Below, one piece after another: positions 34,285 through 49,000 of a DNA stretch of 64,000 nt. The translations under genes were made by a program, and so were the position numbers. The notes beneath the pieces are model-generated. The model searched no databases, was not told the origin of the DNA, and was given only the letters and a program-made list of their open reading frames with translations. The DNA is from Pecten maximus (lineage: Eukaryota), in the NCBI RefSeq assembly GCF_902652985.1, contig NC_047021.1:6386001-6450000 (forward strand), given 5' to 3'. Each line of letters begins with the position of its first letter. The stretch's first letter is position 1.

Positions 34285-36763
34285 GTCCACTCGGCCCTGT
34301 TTAGTCAGTATCAACTCAGTCCTGTTTGGTCAGTATCCACTTGGTCCTGTTTAGTCAGTATCAACTCAGTCCTGTTTGGTCAGTATCAACTCAGTCCTGT
34401 TTAGTCAGTATCCACTTGACCCTGTTTAGTCAGTATCCACTCGGTCCTGTTTGGTCAGTATCCACTTGGTCCTGTTTAGTCAGTATCCACTTGACCCTGT
34501 TTAGTCAGTATCCACTTGACCCTGTTTAGTCAGTATCCACTTGACCCTGTTTAGTCAGTATCCACTCTGTCCTGTTTAGTCTGTATCCACTCGCCCCTGT
34601 TTAGTCAGTATCCACTTGACCCTGTTTAGTCAGTATCCACTTGACCCTGTTTAGTCAGTATCCACTCGGTCCTGTTTGGTCAGTATCCACTCTGCCCTAT
34701 TTGGTCAGTATCCACTCGGTCCTGTTTAGTTAGTGTCCACTTGGCCCTGTTTGGTCAGTATCCACTCGGCCCTGTTTGGTCAGTATCCACTCGGCCCTGT
34801 TTGGTCAGTATCCACTCGGTCCTGTTTGGTCAGTATCCACTCTGCCCTATTTGGTCAGTATCCACTCTGCCCTATTTGGTCAGTATCCACTCAGCCCTAT
34901 TTGGTCAGTATCCACTCTGCCCTATTTGGTCAGTATCCACTCTGCCCTATTTGGTCAGTATCCACTCGCCCCTGTTTAGTTAGTGTCCACTTGGCCCTGT
35001 TTGGTCAGTATCCACTCGGCCCTGTTTGGTCAGTATCCACTCGGTCCTGTTTGGTCAGTATCCACTCGGTCCTGTTTGGTCAGTATCCACTCGGTCCTGT
35101 TTAGTCAGTGTCCACTCTGCCCTGTTTAGTCAGTATCCACTCTGCCCTATTTGGTCAGTATCCACTCAGCCCTATTTGGTCAGTATCCACTCTGCCCTAT
35201 TTGGTCAGTATCCACTCTGCCCTATTTGGTCAGTATCCACTTGGCCCTGTTTAGTCTGTATCCACTCGCCCCTGTTTAGTCAGTATCCACTTGACCCTTT
35301 TTGGTCAGTATCCACTCTGCCCTGTTTAGTCTGTATCCACTCTGCCCTATTTGGTCAGTATCCACTCTGCCCTGTTTAGTCAGTATCCACTCTGCCCTAT
35401 TTGGTCAGTATCCACTTTGCCCTGTTTAGTCAGTATCCACTCTGCCCTGTTTAGTCAGTATCCACTCGGTCCTGTTTGGTCAGTATCCACTCTGCCCTGT
35501 TTAGTCAGTATCCACTCTGCCCTGTTTAGTCAGTATCCACTCTGCCCTGTTTAGTCAGTATCCACTCTGCCCTGTTTGGTCAGTATCCACTCGGCCCTGT
35601 TTAGTCTGTATCCACTCTGCCCTATTTGGTCAGTATCCACTCTGCCCTGTTTAGTCTGTATCCACTCTGCCCTGTTTAGTCAGTATCCACTCTGCCCTAT
35701 TTGGTCAGTATCCACTTGGCCCTGTTTATTCTGTATCCACTCTGCCCTGTTTAGTCAGTATCCACTCGGCCCTGTTTAGTCAGTATCCACTTGGCCCTGT
35801 TTAGTCTGTATCCTCTCTGCCCTGTTTAGTCAGTATCCACTCGGCCCTGTTTGGTCAGTATCCACTTGGCCCTGTTTAGTCTGTATCCACTCTGCCCTAT
35901 TTGGTCAGTATCCACTCTGCCCTGTTTAGTCTGTATCCACTCGGTCCTGTTTGGTCAGTATCCACTTGGCCCTGTTTAGTCTGTATCCACTTGGTCCTGT
36001 TTGGTCAGTATCCACTCGGTCCTGTTTGGTCAGTATCCACTCGGTCCTGTTTAGTCAGTGTCCACTCTGCCTTGTTTAGACAGTGTCCACTCAGCCCTGT
36101 TTGGTCAGTATCCACTCGGTCCTGTTTGGTCAGTATCCACTCTGCCCTATTTGGTCAGTGTCCACTCAGCCCTATTTGGTCAGTGTCCACTCAGCCCTAT
36201 TTGGTCAGTATCCACTCTGCCCTGTTTGGTCAGTATCCACTCTGCCCTATTTGGTCAGTATCCACTCTGCCCTATTTGGTCAGTACCCACTTGGCCCTGT
36301 TTAGTCTGTATCCACTCGCCCCTGTTTAGTCAGTATCCACTTGACCCTTTTTGGTCAGTATCCACTCTGCCCTGTTTAGTCTGTATCCACTCTGCCCTAT
36401 TTGGTCAGTATCCACTCTGCCCTGTTTAGTCAGTATCCACTCTGCCCTATTTGGTCAGTATCCACTCTGCCCTGTTTAGTCAGTATCCACTCTGTCCTGT
36501 TTAGTCAGTATCCACTCGCCCCTGTTTAGTCAGTATCCACTCTGCCCTATTTGGTCAGTATCCACTCTGCCCTGTTTAGTCAGTATCCACTTGGCCCTGT
36601 TTAGTTAGTGTCCACTTGGTCCTGTTTGGTCAGTATCCACTTGACCCTGTTTGGTCAGTATCCACTCGGTCCTGTTTGGTCAGTATCCACTCTGCCCTGT
36701 TTGGTCAGTATCCACTCTGCCCTGTTTAGTCTGTATCCACTTGGCCCTGTTTAGTCAGTATCC
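34285..36763. repeat. 25-bp minisatellite, ~99 copies
   Basis: Unit tccactctgccctgtttagtcagta. Confidence 0.97.
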
Positions 36764-37443
36764 GTTTCAAAGGGAACGATGACAATGGATGTCAAGGATG
36801 TTTGATCATGGTGACCTTAATATTGTACATTCTGATACATAATTAGTCAATTCCAAGGTCTCAACACCAGATCCAATGTCTAACCAGAGGCGCTGTTCCT
36901 TGCCCCTACTTACATACATGCGAGTACAAGTGAATCTAAGGAAAGACAACTCTGGGTAAAGATTGCTCAAGGTCTACAATTTAAACTCTTTTCTTATTTT
37001 TTCCAAGTCAGGCAATACTTCCAAGTTTTGTACTGCTGAAGAAAGCTTCCTTCATACAAACAACAACAAAAATCAAAAGGATAACATAAATACATTTTTT
37101 ATTGATATAACATTTGATAGATTTAAATACTTGTTGGATTTCGTTTGGATTTCCATCAGGATTAAACACTGAGAACTCTAGAGCATGGCGCTTTGTCAAA
37201 CCGATGTATGTATACAGTATGTATAAAATAAAGAATCAACAGAACAAACTGAAATGATATATATGTATAATATTGCAATGTTCCCCACCACCTCAAAATG
37301 AAGATTGGTACAATATCATTATTTAAACAAATACACATACTCTACACATAACTAGCTTTGATGATTTTAATCTTTAAACATGAAATTTGATTTGACAGGT
37401 AGTAGGGTGAGTAATGGACACATTAGAATTAAAAAATTGTATT

Positions 37444-38262
37444 TATAATGGTATACCAAAGTGTGTACCATCCTACTTCATAATGATATACTAAAGTGTG
37501 TACCATCCTATTTTATAATGGTATACCAAGCTGTCTACCATCCTACTTTATAATGGTATACCAAACTGTCTACCATCCTACTTTATAATGGTATACCAAA
37601 GTGTCTACCATCCTACTTTATAATGGTATACCAAAGTGTGTACCATCCTACTTTATAATGATATACCAAGCTGTCTACCATCCTATTTTATAATGGTATA
37701 CCAAGCTGTCTACCATCCTACTTTATAATGGTATACCAAAGTGTGTACCATCCTACTTTATAATGGTATACCAAGCTGTCTACCATCCTACTTTATAATG
37801 GTATACCAAACTGTCTACCATCCTACTTTATAATGGTATACCAAAGTGTGTACCATCCTACTTTATAATGGTATACCAAAGTGTGTACCATCCTACTTTA
37901 TAATGGTATACCAAGCTGTGTACCATCCTACTTTATAATGATATACCAAGATGTCTACCATCCTACTTTATAATGGTATACATGTACCTAACTGTCTACC
38001 ATCCTACTTTATAAGGGTATACCAAGCTGTCTATCATCCTACTTTATAATGGTATACCAAACTCTCTACCATCCTACTTTATAATGGTATACCAAACTGT
38101 CTACCATCCTACTTTATAATGGTATACCAAACTGTGTTACCATCCTACTTTATAATGGTATACCAAGCTGTCTACCATCCTATTTTATAATGGTATACCA
38201 AGCTGTCTACCATCCTATTTTATAATGGAATACCAAACTGTCTACCATCCTACTTTATAATG
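37444..38262. repeat. 35-bp minisatellite
   Basis: Unit tataatggtataccaaagtgtgtaccatcctactt. Confidence 0.96.
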
Positions 38263-39199
38263 AATGTTAATGACAGACACCTCAGAGATAAAGGGAGATA
38301 AATCATATACACAAATTGATATTGACATATGTTAAAAACTCCATCTTTGTTAGAGATAACATTTTCATACCAGAATGAACTTGAAGGCAATACATTTTAA
38401 ATCATTTACAGCAGTATGACCGTGGTCCTCTATATATATCTCTACAGGGGATGATATCTACCAACGATACCACATGATTTTAAAGCCATTCATACACTCT
38501 TATGTACTACAACTATAATCCAAGTTAAGTTGGCTATAAGAACATGTTAAATTAAAAAATGTTATGATTTGAAAAATGAAAAATCCACCGTCACCATATC
38601 TCAGAATCAAACTTATGATGTCATGGAAAGTGCAGATTTTAAAGCTATTTTACTTCCATATGAAAATATACATATATATACATGTAATTCAATACACATA
38701 TTTGGAATTATGCACATTCATTATGCAAGAGAAAAAAACAAATAAATGGAATGGAAATTACTGTATGAACACAATATATTTAAAATCAATATAACACAAA
38801 CTGACAGTACAGTCTGAATTTGATAACAAAAAACAAATTTAAAAAAGGTAAAATATATTAGAAATAAAACTTGGATACATAAATAATGTGTCCACCTTCT
38901 AATAAATAATCACAATACATGATTTAATGAAATTCAACAAAAGTCAACAATATGCAACCCACAAAACTGTTACTGGTAATTATTGTTTATAGAAAATGGT
39001 AGGAGAGGCAGAATTTTAAATGTATATATATTTAACTTGAAAGGTTGTAAATGATTTGAAATCAGCTCATCTGCAGACACAAGAAGTACAATTCAGAAGT
39101 GTTATAAAAAACTTCTTATGGGTATATGTAGTAACAAAATGTGCAGGGAGATATAAATAGGCTTCCACAAATAGCCTTGGTACAGTATGTGTAATGAAT

Positions 39200-41079
39200 T
39201 ATAAGGTGTGACATCCCTCTCTGTAATCTGTATAGGGTGTGACAACCCTCTCTGTAATCTGTATAGGGTGTGACATCCCTCTCTGTAATCTGTATAGGGT
39301 GTGACATCCCTCTCTGTAATCTGTATAGGGTGTGACATCCCTCTCTGTAATCTGTATAGGGTGTGACATCCCTCTCTGTAATCTGTATAGGGTGTGACAT
39401 CCCTCTCTGTAATCTGTATAAGGTGTGACCTCCCTCTCTGTAATCTGTATAGGGTGTGACATCCCTCTCTGTAATCTGTATAGGGTGTGACCTCCCTCCC
39501 TGTAATCTGTATAGGGTGTGACATCCCTCTCTGTAATCTGTATAGGGTGTGACATCCCTCTCTGTAATCTGTATAGGGTGTGACATCCCTCTCTGTAATC
39601 TGTATAGGGTGTGACATCCCTCTCTGTAATCTGTATAGGGTGTGACATCCCTCTCTGTAATCTGTATAGGGTGTGACATCCCTCTCTGTAATCTGTATAG
39701 GGTGTGACATCCCTCTCTGTAATCTGTATAGGGTGTGACATCCCTCTCTGTAATCTGTATAGGGTGTGACATCCCTCTCTGTAATCTGTATAGGGTGTGA
39801 CATCCCTCTCTGTAATCTGTATAGGGTGTGACATCCCTCTCTGTAATCTGTATAGGGTGTGACATCCCTCTCTGTAATCTGTATAGGGTGTGACATCCCT
39901 CTCTGTAATCTGTATAGGGTGTGACATCCCTCTCTGTAATCTGTATAGGGTGTGACATCCCTCTCTGTAATCTGTATAGGGTGTGACATCCCTCTCTGTA
40001 ATCTGTATAGGGTGTGACATCCCTCTCTGTAATCTGTATAGGGTGTGACATCCCTCTCTGTAATCTGTATAGGGTGTGACATCCCTCTCTGTAATCTGTA
40101 TAGGGTGTGACATCCCTCTCTGTAATCTGTATAGGGTGTGACATCCCTCTCTGTAATCTGTATAGGGTGTGACATCCCTCTCTGTAATCTGTATAGGGTG
40201 TGACATCCCTCTCTGTAATCTGTATAGGGTGTGACATCCCTCTCTGTAATCTGTATAGGGTGTGACATCCCTCTGTAATCTGTATAGGGTGTGACATCCC
40301 TTTCTGTAATCTGTATAGGGTGTGACATCCCTCTCTGTAATCTGTATAGGGTGTGACATCCCTCTCTGTATTCTGTATGGGGTGTGACGTCCCTCTCTGT
40401 AATCTGTATGGGGTGTGACATCCCTCTCTGTAATGTGTATAGGGTGTGACATCCCTCTCTGTAATCTGTATAGGGTGTGACATCCCTCTCTGTAATCTGT
40501 ATAGGGTGTGACATCCCTCTCTGTAATCTGTATAGGGTGTGACATCCCTCTCTGTAATCTGTATGGGGTGTGACATCCCTCTCTGTAATCTGTATGGGGT
40601 GTGACATCCCTCTCTGTAATCTGTATAGGGTGTGACATCCCTCTCTGTAATCTGTATAGGGTGTGACATCCCTCTCTGTAATCTGTATAGGGTGTGACAT
40701 CCCTCTCTGTAATCTGTATAGGGTGTGACATCCCTCTCTGTAATCTGTATAGGGTGTGACATCCCTCTCTGTAATCTGTATAGGGTGTGACATCCCTCTC
40801 TGTAATCTGTATAGGGTGTGACATCCCTCTCTGTAATCTGTATAGGGTGTGACATCCCTCTCTGTAATCTGTATAGGGTGTGACATCCCTCTCTGTAATC
40901 TGTATAGGGTGTGACATCCCTCTCTGTAATCTGTATAGGGTGTGACATCCCTCTCTGTAATCTGTATAGGGTGTGACATCCCTCTCTGTAATCTGTATAG
41001 GGTGTGACATCCCTCTCTGTAATCTGTATAGGGTGTGACATCCCTCTCTGTAATCTGTATAGGGTGTGACATCCCTCTC
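39200..41079. repeat. 31-bp highly homogeneous minisatellite, ~60 copies
   Basis: Unit gggtgtgacatccctctctgtaatctgtata; source of three artefact minus-strand ORFs. Confidence 0.98.
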
Positions 41080-41732
41080 TTCAAGCCAGTATTTTTAGTG
41101 TACATGGTGTATTTTTAGTGTACATGGTGTATTTTTAGTGTACAGAGATTACAGACATACCTGTAGAGGTAGCAAGAACATGTACTGACATTTTAGACCT
41201 GGAGGGAGCTATGTTATTAAGTGTGATCGTAAGTGATTCATAGGTCATGATATACAGGAAATAAAGGAGATTCCGTCCAGGAGCTTAACGAATATGGAAA
41301 CAAAATATTCACAGTACAGTATTTAGTACAGATTTCTGATCTGAAAACTTGGGATCTGCAATAACCATCAATACAATAAATACCAGTAACAAATAATGTC
41401 CAATTTGCAATGATAAATAAAATGAGATTCCATATTATATATATCTCATCATAAAATATGTTTACACGTAAATATTAATGCACAACCTCATTATATACCT
41501 GTAGCATGTAAAATTAATACAGAGACCATGTAGAGACAGATTCAAGGGGTTCCTACCTGTACATGATGAGGCTGTTAGCCATCACCCAAACATCTGGAAT
41601 ACTCGGGAATATATATATATGCCAATGGAATTTGGAATACTTCTAATTTGAAAAAAATAATAATAATTTTCACAACTGAAGATGGCTTATACTCAGCAAC
41701 TACAAGTAATTTGCTACTGCCATCCGTTCATG

Positions 41733-42045
41733 CACACAACACCCTGACTTCCAGATCTGTACAATAAATCTCACACACACCACACCCTGACTTCCAGATC
41801 TGTACAATAAATCTCACACAGCACACCCCGACATACAGATCTATACAATAAATCTCACACAGCACACCCCGACATACAGATCTATACAATAAATCTCCCA
41901 CAGCACACCCCGACATACAGATCTATACAATAAATCTCCCACAGCACACCCCGACATACAGATCTATACCATAAATCTCCCACAGCACACCCTGACATAC
42001 AGATCTATACAATAAATCTCCCACAGCACACCCTGACATACAGAT
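41733..42045. repeat. 40-bp minisatellite
   Basis: Unit cacagcacaccccgacatacagatctatacaataaatctc. Confidence 0.93.
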
Positions 42046-43169
42046 TAGTGTGCATTCTCTGTAAGCTCTTTAAATACTGCAAATTAAGCCATGTCAATTT
42101 TTAGTGGTGATTCTATAATAGATATTGAAACAGTAACGACAACTGACGTCAACCGAACTGTCATCATTAACATGTTCAGTTCCTCTTCATCTTATCATAC
42201 ACTGAAATTTTCTGTCCAATAGTCTGTCGAAGATAGAGTATATGGTTTTGTCAATAATTAAAAACTTGATGGAGAGCTTTCGTGATCCTTGGTGATTAAA
42301 ATATCCAATAAGCATGGCTAATATTGATTTTTTTCCTCATCAACCAAAAGAGGGTTACGTACGACCTATCTCTGTGTAGGTGGAGACGAATCGGGACTAT
42401 AATCATAGATCAATCTTAAATGGTTAGGGACTTGTTAACTTAATTATGTATAAATATTAATTAGAATTTATTATTAAAGATATGAATATTTTTCCTAATT
42501 TGTGCATTTTGTCTGATTGCAGTCCTATAAGATTTTTTGTTTTTATATTTTAATTCATTTTGATGAAATTTCTTCAATCCAGTTATGAGCAAAAATGACA
42601 TGTTTAATAGAATTAGTACTATGTATACTGTACGTAGTATATTCATGGGGATATTTGGCAGGTAAGATATACATGTATATCAATATGTACCATGTAAATA
42701 CTGAGATTGTAATTATTTCATCTGCAAACAAATATTGCACAAATAAATATAACAAAAACAAAAGCAATTAATATAAAAAAAAAATTGAACTGCCTTGATA
42801 ATTCTTCATTTTCCAAAAAATGTTACAATTTGTATATGGAATGAAAAGTAAACCTGCCTATATATTGAGGAAAAAATATCACAACAGATCACAAAACCAG
42901 TTATAGGTATTATAGTAAATACTTAATAGCTTAATCCTTAAAGTCCTTTACATGAACCACCTGATTAAATTCACGGTTCAGTTGAGTACCTAATATATGT
43001 GTATATAACAATAATACAATATCTGGAGTAAGAGATACGTTGAAGAATAAGGACACCAGCTGAGGCTACAACCATTCCTGATTCTTAAATTAGTAAAGTG
43101 TTTAACACATTTTGTTATAACAATTATTAAGTGTGCAGATTAATCTTTTCCTGTTTAAAGGAAGCATCA

Positions 43170-43420
43170 TAGGGACGTACACAACTACAACATCCTGAAC
43201 TCACGAAATACACAGAATTTCCACAGGGACGTACACACTCAACTACAACATCCTGACCTCACTATATACACAGGCTTCCACAGGAACTTAAACACTCAAC
43301 TACAACATCCTGACCTCACTATATACACAGGCTTCCACAGGAACTTAAACACTCAACTACAACATCCTGACCTCACTACGTACACACTCAACTACAACAT
43401 CCTGACCTCACGAAATACAC
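43170..43420. repeat. Short degenerate tandem repeat
   Basis: Recurrent cactcaactacaacatcctgacctcac. Confidence 0.85.
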
Positions 43421-43721
43421 ATTAGTACTCCTTGGAAATCTCTTCCTGTGGATTTAACAGGATCGTAGATAAATGACAGAAATGGTTCGATCACCCTTTT
43501 AGAGATGACATCATACACACTAACACATTTTATGCCTTTATATGGCCTTGTCATCACCAATAACTAAAACTGTACCACATTAATTCTACACAATCTCTTG
43601 TCATGTAATCTAAGATATTTTAGTTTAGCTGTGCAATTTCCAACACCGTTCATCAACATACACCATGCATCTTTATCTTGCATATCAACATCTCAGAAAG
43701 CTGATTACAAATATAAACATT

Positions 43722-44528
43722 TAGCTGTGATCACAGACAGCTGACCACAAATCCATAGCTGTTATATCAGACAGCTGACCACAAATCTATAGCTGTTATA
43801 TCAGACAGCTGTCCAAAAATCTATAGCTGTTATATCAGACAGATGTCCACAAATCTATAGCTGTGATCTCAGACAGATGTCCACAAATCTATAGCTGTGA
43901 TATCAGACAGCTGTCCACAAATCTATAGCTGTGATATCTGATGCAGACAGCTGTCCACAAATCTATAGCTGTGACCTCAGACAGCTGACCACAAATCTAT
44001 AGCTGTGATATCAGACAGCTGTCCACAAATCTATAGCTGTGATCTCAGACAGCTGACCACAAATCTATAACTGTTATATCAGACAGCTGACCACAAATCT
44101 ATAGCTGTGATATCAGACAGATGTCCACAAATCTATAGCTGTTATATCAGACAGCTGTCCACAAGTCTATAGCTGTGATCTCAGACAGCTGTCCACAAAT
44201 CTATAGCTGTTATATCAGACAGCTGTCCACAAGTCTATAGCAGTGATATCAGACAGCTGTCCACAAATCTATAGCTGTGACCTCAGACAGCTGACCACAA
44301 ATCTATAGCTGTGATATCAGACAGCTGTCCACAAATCTATAGCTGTGATCTCAGACAGCTGACCACAAATCTATAACTGTTATATCAGACAGCTGACCAC
44401 AAATCTATAGCTGTGATATCAGACAGATGTCCACAAATCTATAGCTGTTATATCAGACAGCTGTCCACAAGTCTATAGCTGTGATCTCAGACAGCTGTTT
44501 ACAAATATAGCATCCATAGCTGTGATAT
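43722..44528. repeat. 34-bp minisatellite in the TBC1D30 3' UTR, abutting the stop codon
   Basis: Unit agctgtgatatcagacagctgtccacaaatctat; the last copy ends 1-2 nt from the stop at 44530. Confidence 0.95.
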
Positions 44529-44529
44529 A

Positions 44530-46022
44530 TTACTTGCTCCACACAACTTTCTGTTTTGATTGCTTCCCCAGTTGTTGAATTGTACCTGCCTTGTACATAC
44601 CCAGCTTAATTCCAGTTTTTGCTCTGTTTTCATTGAAGTGTTTGACAGGAAATGGACTGAAAGGCTGTTGTTTTGTGGGTTTCGACACCATTGCCGACTT
44701 ACTTTTCGAGTAATTTCCCAAATGTTCTGAAATCACTTGATTTGAAAGAACAGAGTCCTGAGAACTCTGAGACAAGCTTCTTTCTGATCCAGATCTTTTA
44801 CTGTAACCAAAGCACCTTTCTGAAACAGAATCTGATGGACTTAACAAAGAACTAGAGTCCGAGTCTGAAGCTTGTCTCTTTGACTCTGGTGATTGAATCA
44901 CAGAAGGGCTGTTCTCAGATGAATTTGCTCTCTCAATATCTAATTTTGACAGCTTGGTTCCTCCATTTTGACTTGTATATTTATCTGTTGTGAACCACTT
45001 TTCTGTTAAGTCTTTAACAATACCTTTCTCATGATCCTCTAGTACTGGACTCACAGGAATATCACAGTTGGAAGGTAAACTTTGGTCTGTTGGAGGTGTT
45101 TTTTGGTTTACATTATTCCCACTCACAGACTGGCCACCTAGAGACTCTGTTACATCTCCAGCTAAATTACTGTCAGTATCTGGTGTACTGTGAGTCTCCA
45201 CTGATGTATGTACCACTACATCACCATTGTCAGGACCAGCATCATCACCTTCCACCTCTAAGAATAAATCTTCTTGTTTAAGATGTTCTAAGCTTAAACG
45301 TTCAACATTTTTCCAGATCAGTGGAAACATTTTAAGGCTACCCTCATCAGGACTAGAAACACTGGAAACGTCGGAGACATTGGACGATTTGGATACAGAA
45401 ATACTGGAATGTGGAGATGTGTTTCCTTCACAACTGTGAGATGCAGGCAGCCCATTTTCAAAGCTGCTTGACATTGATTCAATACCTTGTACACTTCCTT
45501 CAGTTGAAGCATGTCCAACATATTGATAAATACTAGTCAAGGTACCTTCAGCTGAAAGCCTAATATCACTGCTTACATTTGACTTCCTGTTTAATTCCTG
45601 GTCTGATAAATGTTTGCTTTCGTACCTTTTGAACTCGGTGATGCGTGTGATATCTCCCTCTGAGCCAGATTTATCTGTTAATTTCCCTGATGGTGGTAAC
45701 AACACATCACTAGTGTTGGGTTCTATAGATATGGTCTGTGGATCACATGAAGATTTCTCTAGCCCTGTACTTTCTCGGTCTTTTGATTTTTCTGATGGTC
45801 GCCTTGGCCGTCGACTTGGTGACTTTTGTTTTTTAACTTCCTGTAGGAAATGATGTACAATGGTAGCCTGGGGATATGCAGTGGCTATCCTTGGACTTTC
45901 AGCGACCATTTTGTTTTTCCCTTCAACTGAACCTTTCCCCACAAATAGATGGTTGATGGCCTTCGGTGATTCTATTTTCGGAGTGATGAATTTTGTTTTT
46001 GCTTGTTGCTTGGCAGATGCAG
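44530..46022 (-). CDS. TBC1D30: TBC1D30 terminal exon (Ser-rich tail ending PFSPFP...KTGIKLGMY)
   Basis: ttctccag acceptor; open frame continuing into the 470-aa ORF to TAA. Confidence 0.9.
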
Positions 46023-49000
46023 CTGGAGAACAGTAAAAAGAAATAAAATCACTTAATATTTATTAGCATGTATTTCTTCTACAAACGGATTATCAATGAT
46101 GACAATTAGCTACAAAATTTGTTAGAAAGTAACTACCTACATAGATTCCTAATAAATAAGTAAAAACAAAAAAATATGATGATATAATAAGGTTATATAT
46201 AGACACAAATACACTAATAAGGCCTCATAACAAAACATACCTGGTACCTCAAAGATGGACTTGCATGTACATATAATAAAAAGAATGATATGGATGAAAT
46301 ATCTAATCAGCCTCCGTATGTAGGTAGAATACTCCATCCTCAGTGAATCTACCTGGGTAGTGAATCTGTGTGTCAGTATACAATAACCCACGACTAACTG
46401 CTAGGTACAGTGTAACAGGCTAAATACATTCTTCACATCCATATAAACTATGGGGGATATTTAATTGATGCTAAAAGGTTCTATACAGTTACTGTACTTC
46501 TATAGATAAAGGCAGCTACCCTTGATACAATCATGCTGCCTTTGAGCCAAACAGATTGTGTAACTATATTATGCTGGCTGTTGAGACCATACAGGTACAT
46601 TAACAGTGCTGTATAGGCTAACAAATGTTGTACAGTATTGTAGGATAACATTTTGTAACATATTTTTGTACTTTTCCATAGAAGACATTTGTGATGACAT
46701 CACTTAATTCCATGTTAATTGCCAGTTCCTTCACACACCCCTGTATAGTAGGACTCGTCCCACCTGTCATTGTTATGTTAGACTAAAGAGAGTGTTACCC
46801 TACCCACAGCTATTACTGTGTAATATGAAATGTCTGTTAAATTTGTACCTTCTTTCATGCTTTGGAGCTTTCAAATTATCTTGTAAGTGCATGCAAACTT
46901 GATTAGCCCATACAACTATAATATAACAATAACAATAACAACAATATTTTTTATTTATATCTGTGTTTCCAAAGCAACCATAAAAACAACAAAATTTGAT
47001 ACATTATGAAAGTTTCTTGTTATACAGAATTAAGCACCCTATCCATGACCCCTCCCCTTTCTGTATTCACCACCTCCCCTGGGTGTTATGAAGCACCCAA
47101 CATATGACTCCTCTCTTGGGTGTTACATGTATGAAGCACCCTTCCTATGACCCCTCCCCTTCCTCCACTCGACTCCCACCCCTGGGTGTTATGAAGCACC
47201 CTACCAATGACTCCTCTCCCTCCCAAACTCAACTCCCACCCCTAGGTGTTATGAAGCACCATATCCATGACCCCTCCCCTTCCTCCACTCAACTCCCACC
47301 CCTGGGTGTTATGAAGCACCCTACCAATGACTCCTCTCCCTTCTTTATTCGATCCCTCCCCTGGTGTTATGAAGCACCCTCCCTATGACTCCCAGCCCTG
47401 GGTGTTATGAAGCACCCTACCTGACTCCCACCCCTGGGTGTTATGAAGCACCCTCCCTATGACTTCCACCCCTGGGTGTTATGAAGCACCCTCCCTATGA
47501 CTCCTCTCCCTCCCCACTCGACTCCCACCCCTGGGTGTTATGAAGCACCCTCCCTATGACTTCCACCCCTGGGTGTTATGAAGCACCTTCCCCATGACTC
47601 CTCTCCCTCCCCACTAGACTCCTAGCCCTGGGTGTTATGAAGCACTGTGCCCACCTGCTAGTATGATGTGAGCCTGAGTCTGCCTGTGCTTCAGTCGGTG
47701 GTACTGTTTCTTGAGTGAGCTGATGTCGGTGGACATGCGTTCCAGGTACAGGTTACTATTGGTTAGAGCACTCGAGTCCATTCCAGCCCCATACGCACCA
47801 GGGCCCACGGAGGAAATGTCTGCATTTGGCCCCACCAAGTCCCCTTCTGATCCTGATTAACAAAGTATTAATTATTAAACATGCTGAAAACTAGGACACA
47901 AGTCAATAGATATGATACACTTGCATTCGATCTGACTTACAATATTGCCCATCTTAACTTTAAAAGGAAACCATGTTTTATTGTCTATTTCAAAAGAAGA
48001 AATTGTGCAGTGAATATCTTCCATCCATATTGGAGTTATGACATGTAAAAGTGAACCTCTTTGTATAGTACTTATCAGTGACCTTTTGATTTTCCTTGTC
48101 CAATTTGACCTGGTAGTATTCCTGTGAAACATGTAATGGCTTCAAGGTCTTCTTCATCAAGGTCATCTTCGTCACTTGGTAACACCATCCCCCCGACAAC
48201 ATTACCCTTCTTGGTACCTGCAGCACTGCTGAAGGGGCGAATATTGTACGTATACTTCTCTCGTAGTTCTGGTAGCTGCTGCATCGGGAACGGAGCGCAT
48301 GAGTAGATGAACTGTCAAAGGAAAACATGAGCTAAAAAGTGTTCATTACATTGGAATGGAACATTGTTGGATTGTGAGGAATGGTAATGTACATCTGGTA
48401 ATTTTGCCCCTTGATCGCCTTAAAAATTTTAAATTTTTCATTGTTCACACAGTTAGAATTACTTATAAAACTTAATAATTACAAGAATTACATTCATCTA
48501 TGTATATATATTTATAGAAACTACACAATAAAATAAATAAAATTTGTATTTGTAAATACAATAATATAAAATCCTCACTAACCTTTCTAAGACCGAGATA
48601 TTAAAACTTATCAGAGAATTTTTTTTGTTTTTCTGCTATATTTATCCTCCAATGAGTCACCTCCTCGTAGATAGATGAAAGTTCAGTATTATTGAAATTT
48701 GGGAAGTGCTTTTTTGTAAAGCACTTTAAGTTTGATATTTTTAAATTGCTTATTCTACAAAAAAGTAGAAGGGGCTTATTTGTGGATAAATACAGGCATT
48801 TTAATTAATATTTGATGAAAAGATGTATTATTTTGACTTCGTTCAGTGACCTTGAAATGAAGTCAAGGTCATTATCAAATGGCAAATCTCCAGATCTTAT
48901 GGGTCTTGAGAATTCTTTTAATAGACACATTGACAGTTTACAGACTGGCATCAGCTCACAGCAATATACACATGCCAATGTTTATCTGTCTATACAAAAT

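Noticed and set aside
34326-36429. Numerous short ORFs (also those at 18-20 kb, 49-51 kb and 58.6-59.7 kb)
   Set aside because: All derive from tandem repeats.
39102-41105. 667-, 641- and 603-aa minus-strand ORFs
   Set aside because: A 31-bp satellite lacking stops; the periodic peptide is identical in all three frames.
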